37,136 nt of DNA from a virus. Made by a program: the position numbers and the translations under genes. The notes under the pieces were generated by a model, which did not search any database, had not been told where the DNA came from, and saw nothing but the letters and a program-made list of their open reading frames with translations. The DNA lies in the IMG/VR virus record IMGVR_UViG_3300029071_000002, one strand, 5' to 3'. Shown here piece by piece: positions 16,772-23,062 of the stretch (position 1 is the first letter of the stretch; each line of letters starts with the position of its first letter).

Positions 16772-17667
16772 TACACATCTTTCCTCTCAAAATACAGTCC
16801 CAGACTGTTGAGCGCAGTTTCCAGTTCTTCCAGTTCCGATTCAGTACCGAGAACCGTATATATAACTTTTTTTGCTTCCGGTGCAACCGGCCAGACTCCG
16901 GCAAGTGATTCATCAACAGATTTCAACTCATCTACCGTCTCCCGGCGCGTCTCTTCTCTGATCTGCTGTTCCTGAGCTACCCGCTCACGTTCCTCACGGC
17001 GGATTCTCTCGATTTCAAGATCACGTTTTTTCTCTTCCTCTCTGCGGAGGATTTCGAGACGCTGGGATTCGTAATTGTTGATATATCTAACAGCGTTCGC
17101 AAGACTCAGGTCACGCTTGTACATTTCAAGCGCCTTCGGAACCACTTCGGAATCCATATTTTTAATGGTTGTAACCTCTTCGTATGACTTGCCGATCACC
17201 TCGATCATAGCCTTTTTAACCGCTGGTAATTTGACAGATGCATTTTCCCATTTTGGATCATAAATCTTTTCCAGGGGAAGGTATTCCAGCATCTCCCCGA
17301 TCACGCTGTCATATAACGCCTGGATATCTGTCTTTCTCTTTGCCACCCTGACAGCTTCCATTTCCTTAAGCTGGCTGTCGATGAGATTGACCGGCTTGTC
17401 TACGATTTCAAGCAGCCCATCAACCCGTACCTTAAAGGCTTCATATGGCTTCATCCACTCTGCCTTAACCTGCTTCCGGCTGTCTTCGATCTCTTTTCTC
17501 AGCTTCCGGAGGTTCGCAAGCTCACCCTTCGCCGTGGTTCTCGATTCCTCGGTAAACACAGCGCCTTCATACTCGGAAAGCTTCTCCCGCAAGCCCTTTT
17601 CCAGTTCTTCAAAATTAACTTTTATAATTCCATTGGTCTGTGCGACCTCAAATTTTAATCCCTGCAT
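16771..17667 (-). CDS. DUF1351-like protein (recombinase-associated)
   Basis: GGAGGA RBS before MQGLKFEVAQTNGIIKVNFEELEKGL. Usual partner upstream of ERF/RecT genes. Confidence 0.65.
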   Translation of the reverse strand: MQGLKFEVAQTNGIIKVNFEELEKGLREKLSEYEGAVFTEESRTTAKGELANLRKLRKEIEDSRKQVKAEWMKPYEAFKVRVDGLLEIVDKPVNLIDSQLKEMEAVRVAKRKTDIQALYDSVIGEMLEYLPLEKIYDPKWENASVKLPAVKKAMIEVIGKSYEEVTTIKNMDSEVVPKALEMYKRDLSLANAVRYINNYESQRLEILRREEEKKRDLEIERIRREERERVAQEQQIREETRRETVDELKSVDESLAGVWPVAPEAKKVIYTVLGTESELEELETALNSLGLYFERKDV

Positions 17668-17825
17668 AATAGCATATCCTCCATCTTCATTTCGTACTGG
17701 TTCCCGTTCAGCCGTATCCGTTCCGTGATCCTGTGCCGCTGCTCTGCTTTCCGCTGGCACTCGTCACACCTTCGGCCTTCTACGGGGTCGAGATAGCAAC
17801 CACACTGGTCACACCGATATCTCAT
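17655..17825 (-). CDS. Small zinc-ribbon protein (56 aa)
   Basis: AAGAGGGTGAG RBS. MRYRCDQCGCYLDPVEGRRCDEC. Confidence 0.5.
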   Translation of the reverse strand: MRYRCDQCGCYLDPVEGRRCDECQRKAEQRHRITERIRLNGNQYEMKMEDMLLCRD

Positions 17826-18009
17826 TTTTCTCACCCTCTTGATTTTCTGTGGCCCGTATGGTATCATGGGCCTGTAAAGTTTTTTCGTATTTGCCGCTGT
17901 GAGTTCGCACCTCACGCGGCTTTTTCCTTGCTTTTCCGTTTCCCCAGCCGTACGGGTTAAGCCCGGCCGCCGCAGCGGCTCTGTATGTACCGTTCTTTCT
18001 CTTGCTCAT
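17809..18009 (-). CDS. Small basic hypothetical protein (66 aa)
   Basis: GAGGTG RBS before MSKRKNGTYRAAAAAGLNPYGWG. Confidence 0.35.
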   Translation of the reverse strand: MSKRKNGTYRAAAAAGLNPYGWGNGKARKKPREVRTHSGKYEKTLQAHDTIRATENQEGEKNEISV

Positions 18010-18017
18010 CCCACACC

Positions 18018-18679
18018 TCAAATCTGTGCCAGTGCACGGCACCCAATAATATTACCGCCCTCATCCCTCACCATCTCATCAACTATGTATAAGTCCTTGC
18101 GATCCGGCGCGGCCTGTGCAGTCAGTACAGATACAATGTAGGCAATTCCCGCTTTTGGATTCGGAAGATTGACCACCTTGCGTACCCTGTCTTAGATACC
18201 GGGATACCGCCGATGTCTCCGATCCGCTCCCGTGTCTGTTCCGCTCTGGCGATACCGGAAGAAGGAATTGTCAATATGACATTGTCGTCCTTGTCTAATA
18301 TGGTAATTGCGTGTGGTGTCAGATTGATAAGCTCGGTATCGAGGAGACTCTCCAAATATCCGATCAACTCGTCCAGCCCCGTACCACCATCGTTTGTGAG
18401 TACGTCCATATAGTCGAGGCATCTAATCATGTCTGACGGAAAGCTTGATTCAGAATGAGCAAAAAATGTTATCCTAGCGTCTTCAACATCAAAGAAAAGG
18501 TATGCTCCGTCGGTGTCTCCGTCCGTATCATAGTCGTCATCGGCCTCGAGCAGTGTCTTAAAAATAGTCTGCTTGTCCCTCTTCCGCAGATCCGAAAAGT
18601 CCTTCGCGTCATCGGCCTGCATGATTTCCTTTGTTGCCTTCGCCCATTCCAGTACTCTGTTAATAGTCTCTTTCTTCAT
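18018..18679 (-). pseudogene. Conserved phage protein interrupted by a frameshift near 18175..18195 (sequencing error, decay or recoding)
   Basis: Frame 1 gives ...LINLTPHAITILDKDDNVILTIPSSGIARAEQTRERIGDIGGIPVSKTGY, then nonsense. The offset frame continues RKVVNLPNPKAGIAYIVSVLTAQAAPDRKDLYIVDEMVRDEGGNIIGCRALAQI to the stop at 18018. Confidence 0.55.
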
Positions 18680-18691
18680 CTTTTTTCTCCT

Positions 18692-18847
18692 TTATTTTGT
18701 TAAAATAATAATTGCCATCAGTGCCACAATCACCACAGCCTCGACCTGCGCCGCCGTCCGGTAACTCCTACGGCCCTCGTACGCCTCGTGAAACATACGA
18801 TTCCAATATCTGGCGCTAAATCCTGCAAAGTAGTTTTTCATATCCAT
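18692..18847 (-). CDS. Small membrane-anchored protein (51 aa)
   Basis: AGGAGG RBS. MDMKNYFAGF... with hydrophobic C-terminus VVIVALMAIIILTK. Confidence 0.5.
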   Translation of the reverse strand: MDMKNYFAGFSARYWNRMFHEAYEGRRSYRTAAQVEAVVIVALMAIIILTK

Positions 18848-19002
18848 TATCCTGCCTCCTGTTTTCCACGGCTTTTCTTCCACTCTTCGAACTCCCTCAT
18901 ATTATCCGGATTTTCAAAATATATCTTGATAATCTCACCGAGTGATCTTGCCATTGGATTTGTAGTGCTTTCCGGTATCTGTTCTATATTCACTTTAATC
19001 AT
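18847..19002 (-). CDS. Small hypothetical protein (51 aa)
   Basis: Not in the ORF track. MIKVNIEQIPESTTNPMARSLGEIIKIYFENPDNMREFEEWKKSRGKQEAG. TAATG coupling with the next gene. Confidence 0.45.
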   Translation of the reverse strand: MIKVNIEQIPESTTNPMARSLGEIIKIYFENPDNMREFEEWKKSRGKQEAG

Positions 19003-19031
19003 TGTTATCGCATCCTTTCATTCCCCATATA

Positions 19032-19089
19032 TTGCCATTTGGTTACAGATCTCCTATAATCTAAGTACAGGCGTTGCAGCGCCGAGTAC
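19032..19089 (+). promoter_or_regulatory. Promoter-plus-5'-hairpin unit, copy A
   Basis: TTGCCA, 17 nt, TATAAT (19055..19060), then hairpin GTACAGGCGTTGCAGCGCCGAGTAC (19065..19089). Confidence 0.7.
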
Positions 19090-19109
19090 AAAAGAGAGGG
19101 GATATTTGT

Positions 19110-19454
19110 ATGGAAATAGATAAATTGGTTTCTTCACTTATCTGGACTACTTTGGATAAGAAAATCAATTGGGCTGAATCGTTATATGCACCACACCCAT
19201 GCGTTGACTGCAACAGTTTTTCTTTTGAAACGCCGAACAAAAGAGTGATTATCTCAAAATGTTTTAATACTAATCCAATTTTTGATGATAATGCTGAAGC
19301 AGAATACTTTATATCAATAATGCCACTAAATTCTGAAAAAACAGATAATGCGTACACTTGTGAACAACTTGCAGAATTGTTTGATATCGTCACTGATTCA
19401 ATGAAGCCAGATAAAGATATTGAAGAAATTATAAACTATCTAAATAATCTATAA
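19110..19454 (+). CDS. Hypothetical protein (114 aa), cargo of unit A
   Basis: AGAGAGGGG RBS. MEIDKLVSSLIWTTLDKKINW... The antisense 110-aa ORF was judged a shadow. Confidence 0.6.
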   Translation: MEIDKLVSSLIWTTLDKKINWAESLYAPHPCVDCNSFSFETPNKRVIISKCFNTNPIFDDNAEAEYFISIMPLNSEKTDNAYTCEQLAELFDIVTDSMKPDKDIEEIINYLNNL

Positions 19455-19677
19455 TCTCTTTGATATCATTTTTCTCTTCATCAGTTAATGGGCGACTACA
19501 CTCTAATTTTCTACTCGTAATCTTCTCGTTTTTTTTCGGACCCTGATCCATTTTGCTATCAACTATTTTTGTGGTAACAGGAATATCCGTATTTTCTATT
19601 CGGGAAAGACCGCATTCAGTTCTTTTTTCAGCGATTGTGGTCTTTCCAGAATCGACATCGTCACAGTTTACAAACAT
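19429..19677 (-). CDS. Small early protein, paralog 1 (CGLS-x-IE motif, 82 aa)
   Basis: GGAGGTG RBS before MFVNCDD. Shares GKxxIxExRxxCGLSxIExxDI with the 53-aa ORF at 20063..20224. Confidence 0.55.
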   Translation of the reverse strand: MFVNCDDVDSGKTTIAEKRTECGLSRIENTDIPVTTKIVDSKMDQGPKKNEKITSRKLECSRPLTDEEKNDIKEIIDYLDSL

Positions 19678-19925
19678 CGTCTTCACCTCCTTTTCTTTTA
19701 TGTAGTGTGTAGGCTTCGTATAAACTCACTAATTCACGATAGCAGGATTGATCTTTTAGTAAGTGCCAATCACTAGCAAATACACATATACGTATCTCTT
19801 TCATGCATATCTCGTTGTCTGCATAATAAGAAATTTCATGTATACCATTATCCCTTTACTGTCTATGTTGTTGCATATAAATACCTCCGTATAAACAGTT
19901 GTGGTAATTCTATCCAATCCGTTTA

Positions 19926-19983
19926 TTGTATTTTTTTGTCATATCTCCTATAATCTAAGTACAGGCCATGCAGGGCCAAGTAC
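19926..19983 (+). promoter_or_regulatory. Promoter-plus-5'-hairpin unit, copy B
   Basis: TTGTAT, 17 nt, TATAAT (19949..19954), then hairpin GTACAGGCCATGCAGGGCCAAGTAC (19959..19983). Only a 15-codon ORF (20009..20056) follows. Confidence 0.7.
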
Positions 19984-20062
19984 AAAAGAAAGGAAGGAGA
20001 ATGTATTAATGACCAGTCAACAGTTACAAACTATTTTAAGGCAGCAACGGATTTAGACAACC

Positions 20063-20224
20063 CTAGTCCTTTTTGTTATCAGATATCCGTTTGGTAATAA
20101 GTATATCTCCATCTTCAATCTCTGAAAGGCCACAGCGCTTTCTAATTTCATTAATTGCGGCCTTTCCAGTATAAATATCCTCTTGAACCCTCTTGATATT
20201 TGTGTAAAAGGTACTATCTTCCAT
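20063..20224 (-). CDS. Small early protein, paralog 2 (53 aa)
   Basis: Not in the ORF track. GGAAGGAGAG RBS. MEDSTFYTNIKRVQEDIYTGKAAINEIRKRCGLSEIEDGDILITKRISDNKKD. Confidence 0.55.
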   Translation of the reverse strand: MEDSTFYTNIKRVQEDIYTGKAAINEIRKRCGLSEIEDGDILITKRISDNKKD

Positions 20225-20269
20225 CTCTCTCACTCTCCTTCCTGTGATCGTGATTTTCCTGTATCCTTA

Positions 20270-20327
20270 TTGCTATTTTCTTCCATATCTCCTATAATCT
20301 ATGTACAGGACGCGCAGGTCCGAATAC
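20270..20327 (+). promoter_or_regulatory. Promoter-plus-5'-hairpin unit, copy C
   Basis: TTGCTA, 17 nt, TATAAT (20293..20298), then hairpin GTACAGGACGCGCAGGTCCGAATAC (20303..20327). Confidence 0.7.
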
Positions 20328-20346
20328 TAAGACATGGAGCTCTACT

Positions 20347-20667
20347 ATGGAACTAACCAAAGATGCTAAAAAAGTTCTTTATGTACTATATAAAGAATAT
20401 TTGCAAAGAATAAAATCTGGTATAGCAAGAACAGAGGCTAAATCTTTTGATCCTGATATTCTTTGTCAAGATCTATTCTCTGAATATACTTCTGACGATG
20501 TTAATGATTTTCTTTGTGAGTTAGGTTCAGCCGGATATCTCGATAATTTTTTTGGCGATGGAATTGTCCAATACACCACATTGACAAACTTTTCCATTAT
20601 CGAAATGGAAAACAGATTCAAAAACGGCTTAAACGATGTTATTGATTTCATTGCTAAGTTTCTTTAG
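20347..20667 (+). CDS. Hypothetical protein (106 aa), cargo of unit C; possibly YjcQ-like winged helix
   Basis: GGAG RBS. AKKVLYVLYKEYLQRIKSG... The family assignment is a weak recollection only. Confidence 0.6.
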   Translation: MELTKDAKKVLYVLYKEYLQRIKSGIARTEAKSFDPDILCQDLFSEYTSDDVNDFLCELGSAGYLDNFFGDGIVQYTTLTNFSIIEMENRFKNGLNDVIDFIAKFL

Positions 20668-20876
20668 TTGCAAGTAATCCAATCGCTTGCAACAAGATCC
20701 TCTGCATCGGGTTCCCAGCCCCTTTGTGGAGGTTTTTTGTTATTGCTATGATAAATTATTACGCATTGGTCCGTATCTGTCGGAAGTAATTTTAATTCCC
20801 TTCCCCACCACGCTTTTTGTCTGGTTATATAGTTATTCTCATTTAAAGCCTGATTCACAGCTTCATGGATGTACAT
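20664..20876 (-). CDS. DUF2829-like protein (Tad2-family candidate, 70 aa)
   Basis: GGAGGTG RBS before MYIHEAVNQALNENNYITRQKAWW...GWEPDAEDLVASDWITCN. N-terminal EA-x-x-AL...R..W and C-terminal W-x-P-x3-DL-x-A-x-DW match the family pattern as I remember it. Confidence 0.55.
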   Translation of the reverse strand: MYIHEAVNQALNENNYITRQKAWWGRELKLLPTDTDQCVIIYHSNNKKPPQRGWEPDAEDLVASDWITCN

Positions 20877-21048
20877 CTCTTTCACCTCCATAATTATTAG
20901 CGTGTGCTGAATATATCACGTCGAATTAAAGCGGCATATTGTCACGCTTATTCTTAAAAATCTCTGAAACAGCATGCAGGACTGTCCAAATATGCATATA
21001 GCACAATCCCTAACCCTCTATTTGAACAGTCTTCAAAATGGAAAATCA

Positions 21049-21261
21049 CTACCGCAATAGCACTATTTGCAACCATTGGAGCATATCGTTCAGAACTGGC
21101 TTACATATTACAAGCAATAACGAAATTACTGAAACAAATAATGGAAAGCTTGGGTATCTGGACATAAAGTCAAGTTTATATCCCGGGTTTTCTTTTTTGA
21201 AGTTTCGTCGTTGCTCTTTAGATAGTGGTCTTTCAGGTACTACAACTATTCTGTGCTTCAT
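21049..21261 (-). CDS. Small membrane-anchored early protein (70 aa)
   Basis: GAGGAGGTGAG RBS before MKHRIVVVPERPLSKEQRRNFKKENPGYKLDF. Hydrophobic C-terminus FPLFVSVISLLLVICKPVL. Confidence 0.55.
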   Translation of the reverse strand: MKHRIVVVPERPLSKEQRRNFKKENPGYKLDFMSRYPSFPLFVSVISLLLVICKPVLNDMLQWLQIVLLR

Positions 21262-21298
21262 CTCTATTCTCACCTCCTCGATTATCAACGTGCGCCGA

Positions 21299-21460
21299 TC
21301 AGTTTGTTTTTTGCATAAGAAAATCTCTTGCGGTTTGAACCTGTCCATCGAAACGGCACTGCAATGTTTCTGGGAGTTCGTCCCAATGTTCAGCAATATA
21401 ACGTAACTGCTCAAGACGTTTTTGCTCCTTAGTTTCTAGTACTCCTCTATGATCTTTCAT
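21299..21460 (-). CDS. First early-operon protein (53 aa)
   Basis: Not in the ORF track. AAAGGGGTGAAG RBS. MKDHRGVLETKEQKRLEQLRYIAEHWDELPETLQCRFDGQVQTARDFLMQKTN. Confidence 0.5.
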   Translation of the reverse strand: MKDHRGVLETKEQKRLEQLRYIAEHWDELPETLQCRFDGQVQTARDFLMQKTN

Positions 21461-21477
21461 ATAGCTTCACCCCTTTC

Positions 21478-21582
21478 TTGTTGTTGTTAGCACTATTATA
21501 AGTCTTGTTAACACTCTTGTCAATACTTTTTTTGTTGTTGTTAGCACTTTTTGTTGACGTTAGCACATTTTTGTATTATAAT
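21478..21582. promoter_or_regulatory. Genetic switch: divergent consensus promoters with four GTTAGCAC/GTTAACAC operator-like sites
   Basis: Minus-strand TTGACA (21518..21523), 17 nt, TATAAT (21495..21500). Plus-strand TTGACG (21554..21559), 17 nt, TATAAT (21577..21582). TTGTTGTTGTTAGCACT repeated at 21478..21494 and 21532..21548. GTTAACAC at 21507..21514 and GTTAGCAC at 21559..21566. Confidence 0.75.
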
Positions 21583-21609
21583 AAAAGACATAAGAGAGGT
21601 GGTGTGAAA

Positions 21610-22011
21610 ATGAAAGACAGAATAAAACAATTAAGAAAAGCGTTAGAATTAACCCAACAAGAATTTGCTGATAGAATAGGAATAAAGAGAAACTCGTTTG
21701 CCAATTATGAAACAGGACGCAATACGCCTATAGATGCAATAATCGTTTCCATGTGTAGAGAGTTTAATGTTAACGAGGAATGGTTACGAACCGGAGACGG
21801 CGAGATGTTTAATAAGTTGGATTCTATGGACATTACATATAATCATTTTGGGTATTTAATGGGAAATGGAACAGCACAAAAAAAAGCGGTGTTATCCGCT
21901 TTAGTCGAAATGGTTTATAGTGTGCCTGATGATAAATGGGATTATATTTTTAATCAGTTCGAAGGCTGCTTAAAAGAAGCCAGGGGAAGCAATGAATCTA
22001 GGGAGGATTAG
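21610..22011 (+). CDS. CI-like XRE-family repressor (133 aa, no peptidase domain)
   Basis: GAGAGGTGG RBS. HTH LELTQQEFADRIGIKRNSFANYETGRN and NVNEEWLRTGDGEMF typical of Firmicutes phage repressors. Confidence 0.8.
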   Translation: MKDRIKQLRKALELTQQEFADRIGIKRNSFANYETGRNTPIDAIIVSMCREFNVNEEWLRTGDGEMFNKLDSMDITYNHFGYLMGNGTAQKKAVLSALVEMVYSVPDDKWDYIFNQFEGCLKEARGSNESRED

Positions 22012-22121
22012 AATTTCCTCCCCAATACCCCCATTGCTAACTGGTATATGCGTCTAGCAGAAATATTATCAAGTGTATCTACTAATTCATGTAACATTTT
22101 TTTATAGTCCATAAGAATCAT
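22008..22121 (-). CDS. Small hypothetical protein (37 aa), convergent with the repressor
   Basis: GGGAGG RBS and an upstream TATAAT. MILMDYKKMLHELVDTLDNISARRIYQLAMGVLGRKF. Confidence 0.35.
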   Translation of the reverse strand: MILMDYKKMLHELVDTLDNISARRIYQLAMGVLGRKF

Positions 22122-22344
22122 AAATATGTACCTCCCTTTCCGAGAACATATGCCGTATGTATGTACTATACATATATTATAGCATATAGTCATTAAATTT
22201 GTGCATTTTATGCAAAATAATATATGGAAAAATCTGGCAATTGCCATTATTTTCCAATTAGTTGCAAATAAATCGCAAATATTCAAAGCGCCATGTATCA
22301 AACGCTCGGGAAAGGAAGCATGATACATTGTGGGATAACGCAAT

Positions 22345-22358
22345 CGAACGTTTGTTCC
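22345..22358. promoter_or_regulatory. Cheo-type LexA (SOS) box 1
   Basis: CGAACGTTTGTTCC matches GAAC-N4-GTTC. Overlaps a TTGTTC -35-like hexamer. Confidence 0.65.
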
Positions 22359-22411
22359 TTTTATTCTATAAAAATTATATAACTATTAGGGCTAAAAATC
22401 AACCCCAAAAA

Positions 22412-22425
22412 AGAACATTTGTTCT
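22412..22425. promoter_or_regulatory. Cheo-type LexA (SOS) box 2
   Basis: AGAACATTTGTTCT, a perfect palindrome arm pair, 30 nt upstream of the TM2-gene ATG. Confidence 0.65.
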
Positions 22426-22454
22426 ATTGATAAATTATTTAGGAGGGAAATATA

Positions 22455-22913
22455 ATGTCATATTATAGTGCTTATGATGTGAGTAAAAAAAGTCATTTTA
22501 AAACAGGAGTTCTCTGCCTAATTGGAGGCATAATAGGCATGCATCGGTTTTACATGGAAAAAGTATGGACAGGCCTTGCCATGGCTGCAATGTTAGTTGT
22601 AGGACTATGCCTCGTTCCAATTAATCTGACATGGGCTGGTATTGCATTTGGTGCTGATTTTTTGATGTTAGGTGTAGACTTCTTTTGTATTTGTCAAAAC
22701 TTTGTGGAAGATGCAGATGGAAAAAAAATATCTCCAGATAATTTGAACAAGGATAAGGAACCTCTTTTTAATATGCTCTTAATGATAACATTTTCGGTAT
22801 ATAGCACTTTGTTATGTTACATATCTTATTATTTATTTATATTAACAGCGGTATTTACAGTTATTGCACTTATCTTTTTGATTATGGAGTTGAAATATAT
22901 TAAAAATAACTGA
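22455..22913 (+). CDS. TM2-domain membrane protein (152 aa)
   Basis: AGGAGGG RBS. KKSHFKTGVLCLIGGIIGMHRFYMEKVWTGLAM is the TM2 signature. Further hydrophobic helices follow. Confidence 0.7.
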   Translation: MSYYSAYDVSKKSHFKTGVLCLIGGIIGMHRFYMEKVWTGLAMAAMLVVGLCLVPINLTWAGIAFGADFLMLGVDFFCICQNFVEDADGKKISPDNLNKDKEPLFNMLLMITFSVYSTLLCYISYYLFILTAVFTVIALIFLIMELKYIKNN

Positions 22914-23062
22914 TTACATAAAGCCCCCTGTGCTGGTAACACAGAGGGCAAAAAGTAATATACCGGCAAGGCGCCGATACGATATAAAAGTGCACTTCTA
23001 TTGTATCATTTCGCGACTTGTCTGTAAAGAAATACACAACATTTAAAGGAGGAAATGATACA

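Noticed and set aside
19429-20224. Type I toxin-antitoxin loci (convergent antisense RNA against a small toxin)
   Set aside because: The geometry fits, but the minus-strand proteins are hydrophilic with no transmembrane helix, unlike known type I toxins. It is reported as an antisense architecture without calling it a toxin-antitoxin system.
20967-20987. A fourth, degenerate copy of the promoter-hairpin unit (AAACAGCATGCAGGACTGTCC)
   Set aside because: It shares only the ATGCAGG loop-like string and an ACAG/CTGT pairing. There is no TATAAT or -35 element and no downstream ORF. This is too weak to call.
21038-21414. The long overlapping ORFs of 122 aa (plus strand) and 121 aa (minus strand) from the ORF track
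   Set aside because: Neither has an RBS at its annotated start. The minus-strand frame contains two shorter ORFs with strong Shine-Dalgarno sequences (21299..21460 in another frame and 21049..21261). The plus-strand ORF is an antisense shadow.
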